DNA of 64,000 nt, from positions 206,832,001 to 206,896,000 of the forward strand of contig NC_042998.1 of NCBI RefSeq assembly GCF_006345805.1, written 5' to 3'. Source of the DNA: Octopus sinensis (taxonomy: Eukaryota). The notes under the pieces are model-generated. The model searched no databases and was not told the DNA's origin. It saw nothing but the letters and a program-made list of their open reading frames with translations. Positions 11,428 to 24,683 of this stretch are shown here, piece after piece (position 1 is the stretch's first letter; the number at the start of each line of letters is the position of its first letter). The position numbers and the translations under genes are program-made.

Positions 11428-11788
11428 TTTTACTTGTTTCAGTCATTGGACTATGGCCATGCTGGGGTACTGCTTTGAAGAACTTTTTTTTTTTTTTAAC
11501 AAATCAACCACCATCCTTTTTTTTAAGCCTGGTACTTATTAGTCTCTTTTGCCAAACTGTTAAGTTACAAGGATGTAAACACACAAACATCAGTTGTCAA
11601 GCAGTGGTGGGAGACAAACACACACATATATACAAGAGGCTTCTTTCAGTTTCCATTTACCAAATCCACTCGCAAGGCTTTGGTTGGCCTAAAGTTATAG
11701 TAGAAGACCCTTGTACAAGGTGCCATGCAATGGGAGTGAACCTGGAACCATGTAATTAGGAACCAAACTTCTTACCACACAGCCACTT
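11428..11788 (-). mobile_element. Family B tRNA-SINE (older copy)
   Basis: Diverged match to 10585-10971. Confidence 0.75.
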
Positions 11789-12274
11789 GTAAATTGATTT
11801 TTAGTTAATTAGTAGTTTCCTTAATTAGTAAGAACTGCATTAGTAATTAACTCTGTTTTTGTTTTATCGCATAAAGCAGATAAGAAATATATTCACTCTT
11901 AGCTACAATGAGACTCAATTCACATTAACAGACGAGTGGGCTTCTGCATGGCTGTTCAATCTGTTAGAAATAGCAGCCAGATATTCCCTTAACTCACATA
12001 TTACTGTCTTAAAAGTTATCTAAAATTCAATATATATTTGAAAAAAAAGATGGGATGATCTTGATCAGAATATCTGTTTCAATCTGACTTGACCTGGGGT
12101 TAAACGACATTACCTAGTCAATTACAGGTAACTTCCCTCAAATATTTCTGAATCTCTTTGCCAAAACTAAAAGCAGCAAGTGTTGAAATTAGATATCTTC
12201 CTTAGATCCACAAAAGAACCTGTTGCAGGTGGATTTGAATTCATTATTTATATCATTGGGCAATAAACTACACT

Positions 12275-12649
12275 TGCAAAGACTTGTTGAGTCAAGTGAA
12301 GTCACTGTCATGGCCGATGATAGTACGGGTGGCAGGTAAAAAGCACCATTCGAGCATAATCGGTGCCAGTACTACCTGACTGGTTCCTGTACCGGTGGCG
12401 CGTAAAAAGCAGCATTCAAGCGTGGTTGATGCTAGTACCACCTGACTGGCACCCATGCCAGTGCCATGTTAAAAAGCACCCACTACATTCTCGGAGTGGT
12501 TGGCGTTAAGAAGGGCATCCAGCTGTAGAAACCTTGCCAGATCAGATTGGAGCCTAGTGCTGCCACTGGCTTTCCAGTCCTCAGTCAAACTGTCCAACCC
12601 ATGCCAGCATGGAAAATGGACGTTAAATAACAACGATGATGATGATGAT
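12275..12649 (+). mobile_element. RTE 3' UTR fragment
   Basis: Internal repeat units, GGGCATCCAGCTGTAGAAA and a (GAT)n tail. Confidence 0.8.
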
Positions 12650-12712
12650 ATGTTGGTAATTTGATAAGTTATCAGTTGTTAATTTTATCATTACTATTAG
12701 TCACATCCAATC

Positions 12713-13259
12713 TGAGGTCTGCTCAATATGTATCAGGACTGTTGCTATGGTAATGGGGCTAAAGTATGCAGAGTGAAGCCATTTGGCAAAGACTGACCTT
12801 GAACTCTGTTATGCAAGTTATTACGTTCTTGCTCACTTCCATTGTTTATAGAAGTGCTTGTAAAGTAAAGTGTGTAGAGTGTGGTTGTCTCAAGAGGAGG
12901 AAGACCAGGTTCCAGCTGTGTAGGATCTCCTGGATTGTGTTGAGGAAGATGAAGACTTTTTGAAAATGGTCCTAACAGGTGATGGAATGTGGCTCTACAG
13001 CTATGACCCTGAAATCAAGGCAAACATCAAATCCCACTTGAAAGGAACAAGATTTGAAGACATCAAGGAAATTCAAAAGAATGCAACGAGGCAGCTGCTC
13101 ACTATCCCAAAAAGGAGTTCCAGGAATGCTTGCATCAATGGAAATGATGCCAGACAAAGTGTGTGGCTTCAGAAAGGGACTGCTTTGAAGGAGATCAAAC
13201 ATTTGGGTTGTAGCTTTCTTTTTATGGCACCAGTCTTGATACTTTCTGGTCAGGCCTCA
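12713..13259 (+). mobile_element. Internally deleted mariner transposon
   Basis: TIRs TGAGGTCTGCTCAATATGTATCAGGACTG and CAGTCTTGATACTTTCTGGTCAGGCCTCA+TA. Peptide LTGDGMWLYSYDPEIK is fused to HLKGTRFEDIKEIQ. Confidence 0.85.
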
Positions 13260-13382
13260 TATTTTATTTTTAATGTCTGCACAATTAAATTGGATTTGTT
13301 GACTTTGGGATCAATAGAGATCACTGCCTCTGCCAAATCAAGGGGGTAAATGTGGTAAATTTTATGTTTCAATCTGTCTAAT

Positions 13383-13850
13383 CCCCTTAGCATTCAGATC
13401 ACTCAGTCAAATATTATATTTATTTATTCACATTGTTTTGAATTAATCATGCATTATTTTGTATCTTTGAGATTGTAATGATCGGATTATTTTTAGAATG
13501 ACATTGTAGGGTAGGTGTAAAAGGCCACACCCGGCCAATCTGAACATAAAACAGATATATTTGGACCAGAAATTGAAGGCTGCGAGCTGGCAGAAACGGT
13601 AGCACGCCAGGCGAAATGCGTAACCCGTATTTCGTCTGCCGTTACGTTCTGAGTTCAAATTCCGCTGAGGTCGACTTTGCCTTTCATCCTTTCGGGGTCG
13701 ATAAATTAAGTACCACTTACACACTTGGGTCGATATAATCGACTTAATCTGTTTGTCTGTCCTTGTTTGTCCCCTCTGTGTTTAGCCCCTTGTGGGTAGT
13801 AAAGAAATAGTTATATTTGGGCCAGTTAAAGCTGGTTTAAGCACTAAAGC
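13383..13850. mobile_element. piggyBac-type MITE containing a family D SINE
   Basis: CCCCTTAGCATTCAGA start; the body is shared with 4345-4486 and 16141-16833. Confidence 0.6.
13578..13809 (+). mobile_element. Family D tRNA-SINE with a Nin-domain-like core
   Basis: GAGCTGGCAGAAACG head, GAGTTCAAATTCC B box, core GTCGACTTTGCCTTTCATCCTTTCGGGGTCGATAAATTAAGTACC. Confidence 0.8.
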
Positions 13851-14089
13851 ATGCAATGCGTCACTAACTTTCCAACAATCTCAAGCCATAAGAAGATACA
13901 TTATAATTCTATGATGGATAGATTCTGGGAAATGGCCCAACAACCAAATTGGTCCTTTCCATGCCTGACTCGTATGTTTTCCCCCACCCCATCACTGCTG
14001 AACAAAACCTGGCTGTCCACCAAGAAGTTGCAGAAACTCGACACTCAATCTCTGACTTGAGTGAGGAAGAAATGGATATTAAAGCAAAA

Positions 14090-14430
14090 ATTCACACAAA
14101 ATAGCACAATGAGTGAGTTGTATCCAGGTATGGGTGGCTTATCTGGTATTCCTAGAAGAAATCTGTCCAAACTCCGTTTAAAGGTGATGGGATCATTTTC
14201 CTCTTTGATCAGTTTTGGGACAATGTTAAACAGAGCAAGGCCTGTTGAGGAAAAGAAATTGTGTCGCAGTGTACCTATATGTTGTGATCTTGAATTGGGC
14301 AGGGGCCATATGGTCCATGGTTTCAGCCTTGGATGAACCTTGAAACTAATGTTCAGGTCGTTTGGTCAATACTGGCGGTGTATTCTCCACATCGTACGGT
14401 GCTGGAGAGAGTAGAGTTGGAATGCCCTGC
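14090..14430 (-). pseudogene. CR1/L2-group LINE ORF2 C-terminal remnant
   Basis: Translates ...HNFFSSTGLALFNIVPKLIKEENDPITFKRSLDRFLLGIPDKP, similar to 42834-43103. Confidence 0.65.
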
Positions 14431-14894
14431 TAACAAACCTGCCCACAGCCGCAACTGAATCCTGATGCATTGAGGAAGTCACAGAATCTGCCAACCATGA
14501 TGTGACCGTCATCAATCTGCCTGAAGAAATCACTGCTCAAAGGACATTTGCTGACAACTCCTCCAAAAACTGTTTCACATTGTACCAAGGCATGTTTGTG
14601 CCATTTAGCTTCTGATAAAGCTAAGTGAGAAAATCGTAATTGCTTATCAAACTTGTCCTGGTTTACCACCTGTATACACCCAAAGCTTACTGGAACTGTG
14701 CCTCGTCGATGTCAAATAAGAGTTTCAGTCCATGAGTTTATGGACAGATGTAGAAATTTAATAAGTCTGGTGAGACATAAAAGAACAATACAGGCTGGAC
14801 TATAAATATCAACCAAACAATGGACAGCAATGTTAAAGCCTCAGGAAACAAAAACACTACACCATCATTTATGGGTCATGATAGGCTTAAATGC

Positions 14895-15110
14895 AGTTAT
14901 AGATTGCTGTCTTTAAATGCCCAAACTTTAAGCAACTAGGATCAGCTTTTTGACTCTTGCTTCATAAGTAGTGACCCTGAATTCATTACAGGTGTAGAAA
15001 TGTGGATCCATTCATTATCATAGAACATGGTTTTTAGCATGGCTGGCTACAACTTGTTTTGCAAAGTCACCTCTAATCGCTGTGGGAGTGGTGTGATGGT
15101 CTGGTCACCC
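14895..15110 (+). pseudogene. Degenerate LINE AP-endonuclease domain; the old element probably continues to about 17400
   Basis: LNAQTLSN*...DPEFITGVEMW...AGYNLFCK...RCGSGVMVW resembles APE motifs I-III. Confidence 0.55.
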
Positions 15111-16140
15111 AAGCACTTCAGCAATTCTTTGCCATGATTTGAACCAGTCACAGTAAGATGTTCTTTTTCTGCAGCATTTGTATAAACATGTTACACAAGA
15201 TCACCTCCCCCTCCCCTGAAAGTTTTGTCTTGCACTGTAAAATGGTTGGTGTTTCAGAAGGGCATCCAGCCGTAAAATCCTTGCCAAAACTGACCTCACC
15301 TGTGTTTGTGACATCTAAAAAGCACTAAGTCCGCTCTGCTGAGTGGTTGGTGTTTGGAAGGGCATCCAGCTGTAAAAATCCTGCCAAAACAGTCGCAGAA
15401 GTCTGGTGCAGGCTTCTGCCTGGCCGGCTCTTGTGAAACCGTCCCACTCATGCCAGGTGGACATTCAATACTTCTATTTGAAATTGTTTGCCATTTCTCA
15501 ATCTACCATCAAGATACGCAGCTTTTTGGCATCCTCAAGAAAACTACCTTTTTGTTCAGGCCTCATATTTTATTTTTATCACTGGTGATTTCAATTACTC
15601 AGAGACTGGTTAGGAAACTTTTCATAGGCCCCAAAGTACAAATTATTTCCTTGACTTAGTGCTAGCCTCAAACTGGTACCAAGTAGTCACCTCCCCACAA
15701 GAGGTAACAAAACTATGGACAAAGCTGTTTACCACTGTTGCTGAAAGTTATCAGCGTCACTATCAGGAAATCTTAAAGCAATTCCAATCACGCTTTGATC
15801 ATTGCCAAGCTGTTTCTTGATTGGTAGGAAGAAAGGACACCTTCACCTTCAAACTGCTTGCTCTGACAGAAACTCCTTTTGTACTGAGTTATAGGGTCCC
15901 AACTGGTTCACATTTTATGATTCCAGAAATATCAGTAGCATCCTTCAGAACATCCTTAATTCAAACTGGGCCACATACAAAGCATCAGTACCATGTAAAC
16001 ATAATAAAAATTAATAAGTGCAATATGAGAGGTGGCAACAGTCCATCTTGGCAGTTAAAGAAAGACGTGATGCTGAATGTAAATTCAGATTACATAGCAC
16101 ACAGGAGAATAGAATAACATAACCCCACATCCTTTGCTAC

Positions 16141-16833
16141 CCCTTTAGCATTCAGATTATTCTGTTAACCTCTAGCATGCTTCAGCACATTGCGTTGCAC
16201 TGAAAGGGGAGAAAACTTGTATGGCAACATGATGCATCAACAGCATGCTAAAGGTTAAATGTAATGCTTATTTATTCATAGTGTTTTGAATTAATCACAC
16301 ATTATTTTGAGGCTTTGGTATTTGAGCTGGCAGAAACGTTAGCACGCTGGGCGAAATGCTTAGCGAGTATTTTGTCTGCCGCTACGTTCTGAGTTCAAAT
16401 TCCGCCAAGGTCAACATTGCCTTTCATCCTTTCGGGGTCAATTTAATAAGTACTAGTTATGCACTGGGGTCGATATAATCGACTTAATCCGTTTGTCTGT
16501 CCTTGTTTGTCCCCGCTGTGTTTAGCCCCTTCTGGGTAGTAAAGAAACAGAAATAGGTATTTCGTCTGCCGCTACGTTCTGAGTTCAAATTCTGCCGAGG
16601 TTGACTTTGCCTTTCATCCTTTCGGGATCGATTAAATAAGTACCAGTTACGCACTGCGGTCGATATAATCGACTTAATCCATTTGTCTGTCCTTGTTTGT
16701 CCTCTCTGTGTTTAGCTCCTTGTGGGTAGTAAGGAAATAGGTATTTCAATGATGTGATTGTTTATTTTTAGAATGATATTGTAGGTCAGGTGCAAGAGGC
16801 CAGATCTGGCTGGTTTCAATGCTCATGGGTTAA
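16141..16833. mobile_element. piggyBac-type MITE with a nested 86-bp TTAA MITE (16169-16254) and a doubled family D SINE (16324-16740)
   Basis: CCCTTTAGCATT...AATGCTCATGGGTTAA ends; the inner element reads TTAA-CCTCTAGCATGCT...AGCATGCTAAAGG-TTAA. Confidence 0.7.
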
Positions 16834-17499
16834 ACTTCATAACCACATGGCCATTGCTGCCCCTGAGGCTATTACTGTGCTCAACTCAGAACACAACACG
16901 ATTCCTGTAGTAAGGTTTGAACGCAAAACCAAAAACAAAGGTTGGAAGAGAAGCACAAAAGCTCTTCAGCTTAGTTCATCTAAGATTTCATTTGTAATAA
17001 CATCTTAATAACAAACTTTCAATGTCTAGATATTCGAATGCTGAGCATCCAAAGCATTTTGTCAGAGAATAAATCCAGATCTAAGGAAGTGGTTACACGG
17101 ATTGCAAAGCATCGCAGTAAAAGAAGATCAATGGAGATAAAACTTGCTGGAGAATTAAAAGCAATGTAAAGTAATCTACATTTACTCTGGCAAGTAAATC
17201 TGATACGACGTATACTTTTTCCATCTTAAGCTGAACTTATCTCTTTTTCTAAATCTGCTGCAAATCAACTTGTAGCTCACAACAAAGCTGATCGGTTAAA
17301 GCAAAGCAAACAATGGTTTAGTCTTGCAATCTATTCGCGAAAATCAATAAAAATATGATGAAAATATTAAAAATCCAAATAACTCTCAGAATGCTACACG
17401 GAAAGAGAGGTTTTGTTTTTTTGATCTTGGAACTTTTGTTTTTGTATTTTTATTTATTTATTTATTTTTTTTTTCCAATTTTTATCATCATCATTAGAG

Positions 17500-17697
17500 T
17501 GTATGGTAAGAAGTTTGCTTCCCGACCACATGGTTGCGGGTTCAGTCCCACTGCATGGCATCTTGGGCAAGTGTCTTCTACCAAAGCCTTGTGAGTAGAT
17601 TTGGTCAATGGAAACCGAAAGAAGCCGATCGTGTGTGTGTGTGTGTGTATATGTACCACATCCTCACGTTTTTTGTGTTTGTTGTTGCTTTGAATTA

Positions 17698-17730
<33 letters not shown>

Positions 17731-17779
17731 TATATATATATATACACACACACATATATATATATATATACACACACAC

Positions 17780-17842
<63 letters not shown>

Positions 17843-17845
17843 ATA

Positions 17846-17923
<78 letters not shown>

Positions 17924-18205
17924 TTCAAAGCAACAACAAACACAAAAAACGTGAGGATGTGGTACATATACACACACACACACAATATATGTATGTCCTT
18001 GTGTCTGTGTTTGAACCCCACCATTGCTTGACAACCAGTGTTGGTTTGTTTATGTCCCTGTACCTTAGCAATTCAGTAAAAGAGACTGATAGCATAAGTA
18101 CCAGGCTGATATAGAATACTGTGGTCAATTCACTCGACTAAAAACTTTTCAAGGTTGTGCCCCAGCATGGCTGCAGTCCAATGACTGAAACAAGTAAAAG
18201 ATAAA
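17500..18205 (+). mobile_element. Family B SINE with a fold-back insert in its microsatellite
   Basis: SINE halves about 17500-17630 and 17990-18205; palindrome about 17630-17985. Confidence 0.75.
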
Positions 18206-18382
18206 CAATAGACGATCACACTTTCCAAACATTATTATGTTCCAAGTTGAAAATCTACCAAAAGGAAGGTCAACTTTTATCATTCTGGCATTATTAAAAT
18301 AAAACACCAGTCAATGACTAATGATTGGTTACCAACCATCACCTTGTGACAACATTAGGAATCAATATACTAAGAACAATAA

Positions 18383-18573
18383 GGCGGTGAGCTGGCAGAA
18401 TCATTAGCACACCGGGCGAAATATTCAGCGATATTTCATCTGCTATTACGTTCTGAGTTCATATTCCACCGAGGTCGACTTTGCCTTTCATTCTTTTGGG
18501 GTCAATGTAATCGACTTAATCCCTTTCTCTGTCCTTGTTTGTCCCCTCGTCTCCTGTAGGCAATAAAGAAATA
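18383..18573 (+). mobile_element. Family D tRNA-SINE with a TSD
   Basis: AATATACTAAGAACAATA 18364-18381 vs AATATATTGAGAACAATA 18574-18591. Confidence 0.8.
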
Positions 18574-18778
18574 AATATATTGAGAACAATACAATAGGGT
18601 TAATCTACAGGCAGTTAAAACACTATCCCGGTTTCAATTCCTAGTGGAAGAGAATTCATTTCACTCGAATTTCTTTTGTCAAAACTTAAACACCTCAATG
18701 TTCTCTTTCTCTGATTCTGAAAATCCTTGACAATATTTCTATATAAGATCCTACTGCTATTGTTATTACTATTATTAT

Positions 18779-19100
18779 TATTACCTCCACCTTAGCGAAA
18801 GCAGAGGTATTGTTTTCAGTCATGTTTGTTTGTTTGTTTATGAACAAGATATCTCAACAACCCCTGGATGGATTCGGATGAAATTTCAGAGACGTTTGGA
18901 CTCATGACTGGCACAAACTGATTAGATTTTGTTATCAATCCGGTACTGGACAAGGATTCTGGATTATTCTTCCTGTTCTTTTACTTAATTTTTGAGAGCG
19001 GTCAGGTTCATTTTTAGTATTCCTATTTGTGAGAGTAGTTGAGTTATTCATTGAGAGGAGGTTGGTGTTGCCTTGACAGAGGTTTGCACTCTCTGAGTGT
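18779..19100 (+). mobile_element. Helentron-associated (HINE/DINE-like) non-autonomous element
   Basis: TTACCTCCACCTTAG start, (GTTT)n tract, subterminal inverted CTTGACAGAGGT and terminal stem-loop GCACTCTCTGAGTG. Confidence 0.6.
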
Positions 19101-19837
19101 TGTTATTATTATTATTATTATATTATTATTATTATTATCATTATTATTATCATTATTATTATCATAAGGGTGGAGAGCAGGCAGAATCATTAACATGCTG
19201 GACATATTATATAGAAACAGTTGAGGGTTGGTGGCAAGAAGGGCATCCAGCTGTAGAAAATCTGCCTCAAGGAATTCCATTTAGCCTGTGCAAGAATGGG
19301 AAAGTGGACATTAAAACTGCTGATCCTGTCTTGGAATTTGAAAAAGATCAATAGTTCAGGGCTGGAAAGAAAACAAATCAGTGTCAGGTTATAGATGACA
19401 TCACCAGGAGAGACAATCATTTATGATAAGAGCTTGAGTTTTCAGTTGTTTCCAGAGTTTCGGTTGTGTTTTGTACAAGAATTGTATGCAAGGAAGGTGT
19501 AAGGCTGTGTCCTTGACAGGGGGACAGATTTTTGCCTTATTGGAATCATTCTCCAGTGAAGGCATATATAAGTCTGATCTCAACTTAAGGCAATATCGTT
19601 TTATGAAGGTATGATGTGTGTCACTTGGTTCTACATCATCTTGCAGCTGAGAGGTCTTTGTCCTGTGATGGTGCCACATGAAAAACATTCAGTAGACTCT
19701 GTAAAGTGGTTGGCATCAGGAAGGGCTTCCAACCTTAGAACTCATGCCAAAACAGACAGTTGGAGACTGGTGCAGCTCTCTGGCTGGCCAGCATGCAAAG
19801 ATGAATGTTTGGTGATGATGTGGTATCTAGTTGCTGA

Positions 19838-20326
19838 CAGGCTGAGCAATGTAGTAAAGATTATTTGCCAACATAACATGGTAGTCCAGGTTTAGGATGA
19901 ATGTTGCTGTAATTTAGCCCCAGGAGACTTCGTCTCCAGCTGGCTATACATCATCTGTGTCCTTATATTTTCGAACAAGGGAATCTAGCACCCCCACTCA
20001 GCTCAAAACAATATCTGTGTATCGTGATTTCTAGGTTATTTCCTTTCAACAGCACAGAATAATTGTTCGGCTAGAGGTGGTGCTGCCAAATTCCCGTTCA
20101 AAATATATAGTTTTCAAGGTGACAACTAGTCCCTGATTTATAAATTAGAAAATTACTATTCAACTGAGTGGGAGTGCTAGATTCCCTTGTTTGAAAATAT
20201 AAGGACATAGATCATGTCATATAGCCAGCTGCAGACGATGTCTCCTGGGGCTAAATTATAGCAACATTCATCCTAAACCTGGACTGCCATGTTATGTTGG
20301 CAAACAATCTTTACTACAAAGTACTG
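19838..20326. mobile_element. Long-TIR MITE with a 7-8 bp TSD
   Basis: Arms about 19850-20003 and 20161-20318; CAG...CTG ends; TTGCTGA at 19831-19837 and 20327-20333. Confidence 0.75.
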
Positions 20327-20869
20327 TTGCTGAATATCTCACGTTATGAGATTTAAAAAACAGATTGAGCAATGTTAGAGATGACAGTGAGAGAGTTGAT
20401 TGTATACAATAAGATGGGCGAGAGCGACATAACTGAGTCTTGGAGTATACTAGAGTTGATAGAGTCTGAGTCACAAAGAGTCTCATCAATGCACGCTGTG
20501 ATAATATGATATTATGAGAAATATTTTATCCAAGAGATAAGAGGCAGATGAGTAATTGGGCACTTTGGTTAAAAAATTTTCTTGCTGGACAAGATCAAAT
20601 GCGGTGGCATCATGATGTCAAATACCACATTGTTTTTGCTAAAATCTATAACTGGTCAGTGACACAGGAGACCAGATCTCTTGGAGATTTGGCTTTGGAA
20701 GCTGTAATTAGTGGCCATCAGAGGCTGAGGGATGAATTAAGATGCTGGAGTAAATGATAGATAACACTGCCTTTGCATTTTGTTAGAGCAACAAATGGAG
20801 AGATGGCATTACTGGAGAGGTTTCTTCTTTGGGATGGGGTGAAACACATCATGGTTCCAAAGGACAGGA

Positions 20870-21470
20870 TATCATCATCATCATCATCATTTAACATCCG
20901 CTTTCCATGCAGGCATGAGTTGGACGGTTTGACCAAGGACTGGTGAGCCAGAAGGCTGCACCAGGGTCCAATCTGATCTGGCAAAGTTTCTACAGCTAGA
21001 TGCCCTTCCTAACGCCAACCACTCCAGGAGTGTAGTGGCTTCTTTTATGTGCCATTGGCATGAGGGCCAGTCAGGTGGTTCAGGCAACAACCATGCTCAA
21101 AAGGTGTTTTTTACGTGCTATCTACACAGGAGCCAGTCCAGCAGCACTGGCAACAACCACGCTCATATGTTGTTTTTCACGTGCCACTGGTACATGTGCC
21201 GGTAAGGCGATGCTGGAAAGAAGCACACTTGATTGGTGCTTTTCACATGTCACCAGCATGGGAGCCAGTCCGTGGCCCTGGCAACGATCATGCTCAGATG
21301 TGCTTTCAACATTCCACTGGCACGAGTGCCAATCAGGCAGTACTGTCATTGGCCATGTCAGCGATTTTGATTTTTATTTCACTTGCCTCAATAGTTCTTC
21401 ACAAGCAAAGTTTATTGTCCAATGAATGAGGGGTATTCATAAGTGGGCTGATTACACCCCACGTTCGGAT
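20870..21470 (-). mobile_element. RTE 3' UTR fragment with about six diverged internal units
   Basis: (GAT)n tail and family motifs. Confidence 0.8.
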
Positions 21471-21848
21471 GTGTTTTTAACATTCCACTGGCTTAAAAAT
21501 GGATGAAGGCAGGTTTTGCTTTTGAGATGGAAGTATTGCTAGAGTTGCAGTAATGGGTAAAAGCCACATAAAAAGTGGAATGGGTGGGTGGGTGGCATTT
21601 CTTTCCAGACATGTGGTCAGTGTGTTTTGCCTATACTGCTGCAAGGCCCGGAACCACACACCAGGTTCCATTGTCTGTTTTAGCATGGCTTCTATGGCTG
21701 GATGCCATTCCTAATGCCAACCACTTTACAACATGTACAGAGTGCTTTTCATGTGGTATCAGCACCAATGTTTGTACCCCGTAATAACCCACTTAGGTTA
21801 TTTATTTTAGAGATGAAGGATGTTTAGAGTATGTGTAGAATGATAGTA

Positions 21849-22468
21849 CACGGTGTTCAAAAGATCTCTCCACAGTAAGTATTTTATTGCTAAATAAATA
21901 TTTATAAGATGGTATAAAGACAACAAAAGATTATATTAGCCTTTACAAGACTTTAAAAAACTTTATAAGAGGTGTTGAAAGTGTCGTCCTTCATTTTCAA
22001 TACATAAAATTTAATTTCTCTTTTACTGCCGTGTGAGCACTTCCTGGGTTGAACTCCGTTTCCTGTGACAATTTGCGTAGGGACTTTGATTGGCTTGCCA
22101 ACAGTTTGTCAGAAACATTGGAGAGTGTTTCGTCTGAAAGAACAGTAGGCCTACCACTTCTTGCTGTGTCTTCCACTGAGCCTCCTGTGTTTCTAAATTT
22201 TCTTATCAAATCCCTGAACAGAGTGTCATGATGTGGAACAACAGTATTGGGAAAGGTTTCACTGAACTTCTGTTTCACAGTATCTGTGTAATTGGTTCCA
22301 GCTCCAAACACCCATTCAACTAAGAACGTACGTCCTTCAATGGTTAGCATGTCGACATGCTGAAGGGTACACAATCACTGACACCCGGTCACCCACGCAG
22401 TGATAGCCATGTTGCGCATGTGCAGGATTATAAAAAATTCACTGTGGAGAGACTTTTTGAACACCCTG
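21849..22468 (-). mobile_element. Internally deleted Tc1/mariner element retaining the N-terminal HTH (DUF4817-like)
   Basis: TIRs CACGGTGTTCAAAAGATCTCTCCACAGT and ACTGTGGAGAGACTTTTTGAACACCCTG. ORF 21997-22374 contains KFRNTGGSVEDTARSGRP and SLRKLSQE. Confidence 0.85.
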
Positions 22469-23302
22469 TTGCAGAATTCTAGATTGCAAAGAATTTCACT
22501 CCTGTGCAGCATCAGTATAGGAATACAAGAGCCAAGAACAGATGAGAATATTCTTGTTGCTAGCTCAAGGCATCCCTATAGAAATTTTGAATTCTATTAA
22601 GTTGTTATATTAAAGCTTCCCTGAAGATCTCAGATGTTCTTTTCTTATAAATCATCTATACCCTGTTAATACCCTAACTACTCAAGTTTCTTTAAACTTA
22701 CTTTCAACAGTGGTAGTTGTTTGATCTCAAGTTAGTCATCCTCAATAGTTATGATCAAAGATATTCCAACCATGATCGTCTCATCATTTTGTATATCCAA
22801 AACCATCACAATCTTCATTTTATAAGCTACTTTCCAAACAAGCCTTGGTTTTGGACAGGTCGCCATGTATACAGGGTCAGCTTGTATATCAGGAGAGTAG
22901 CCAATCTACATCATTCAGAAGCCTCATTTTTGGTTTGGTTTCTGTAACTAGATATTTTTCCTAACACCAACCAACTTTGCAGAGCATAATAGGTTACATT
23001 CCTGTGGCGCCAGCATGAGAAGTACCACAATCTCACAAGATTAAGGGTCCTCTAAACTTCACACTTTATACACTATAGTAGGTGCATTTTCCTTGACAGG
23101 GAACCTCATAGTCCTACATCTCTGCTCATTCATTGGCCTCTCCGTAGACTGCTTCCTTTTATTTCAAGATGGTAGGGGATGGTATGAAAGAGATTCGATT
23201 CATTTTTAGCAGTTACAATGTAGAGCAGTGATTCTCAACTGCTTTTTTACCTATGGATCCCTTTGATTTCTAAATTTCAAAAAAATTGTTATTGCTAAAA
23301 TA

Positions 23303-24404
23303 CAGTGATATCTCACAGTACAAGTTTAATTCGTTCCATGACTGAGCTTGTCTTACGATTTACTTGTTCTACAAATCAATTTTCATCATCATCATTTAAC
23401 ATCCGCTTTCCATGCTAGCATGGGTTGGACGATTTTGACTGAGGGCTGGTGAACCAGATGGTTGCACCAGGCTCCAATCTTGATCTGGCAGAGTTTCTAC
23501 AGCTGGATGCCGTTCCTAACGCCAACCACTCCGAGAGTGTAGTGGGTGCTTTTTATGTGCCACTGGCACGGGGGCCAGTCAGGCAGTACTGGCAACAACC
23601 TCGCTCGAATCTTTTTACACATGCCACCAGCACAGGTACCAGTAAGGCGATGTTGGTAACGATCACGCTCGAATGGTGCCCTTTTACATGCCACTGGCAC
23701 GGAAACCAGTTGGCTGCTCTGGCAACGATCACGCTCAGATGGTGCTCTTGGGCACCCTGCTAGCATGGGCACAAGTGCCAGTAAGGCGATGCTGGTAAGT
23801 ATTACTTGTCACCCCTCAAATCAACTAAAATATAATTAATCCATTCCAGCCCCTAAAACCCACTCAAAAATAATTTCTTATGGGTTTTAAAAACAGAAAA
23901 GGTGTAGTTACAAGTAAAATGACAATTATAAAAAAAGAGAATCATCATCATCATCGTTTAACGTCCGTTTTCCGCACTAGCATGGGTTGGACGGTTCGAC
24001 CGGGGTCTGGGAAGCCAGGGGTTGCACCAGGCTCCAGTCTGATCTGGCAGTGTTTCTACAACTGGATGCCCTTCCTAACGCCAACCACTCCACGAGTGTA
24101 GTGGGTGCTTTTTATGTGCCACCTGCACAGGTGCCAGGGAGGTCTGGCATCGGCCACGATCGGTTGGAGCTTTTAACGTGCCATCGGCACGGAAGCCAGC
24201 CAAGGCGGCGCTAGCATCGGCCACGTTCGGATGGTGCTTTTTATGTGCCACCAGCACAGAAACATGTAAACTGGTTTTATTAACTGAATTACCTTAAAGA
24301 TGGGACGATTTGTGTGCTTGTACTGCGGATTTCCGCTCGTGCTTGAAAAATTCACAGAAGTCTTGGCTCGTATAATGGGGCACTCGTACTGCGAGGTTCT
24401 ACTG
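23303..24404. mobile_element. pogo/Tigger-like MITE split by two RTE 3' insertions (about 23384-23797 and 23941-24260)
   Basis: TA-CAGTGATATCTCACAGTACAAG ... CTCGTACTGCGAGGTTCTACTG-TA. Confidence 0.65.
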
Positions 24405-24683
24405 TATTTGGTGTATTGTAGAAGTATAACCAAGGATATAGTAGAAAACATTTGTCCAAGGTGCCACACAGAAGGACTGAACCTAGAACCATGTGGTTGG
24501 GAAGTAAACTTCTCACCACACAGCCATGCCTTTTTGGCTAATATGGCAGGCTCTGACATTGTTTAGCTCCCATCAACCCATGTTGACTCTAAGCTGACCT
24601 GTGACCAAAGGCATGCCACCATGACCATCATTTTTTTTTTTAGGAAGACCGTATCTAGAACTATATCATTAAATATTTATTAT

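Noticed and set aside
19330-20860. Faint LINE RT-like traces at about 19330-19610 (-) and 20500-20860 (+)
   Set aside because: Too degenerate to assign by eye.
24300-24430. Possible exon MGRFVCLYCGFP
   Set aside because: It coincides with the right end and TIR of a pogo-like element.
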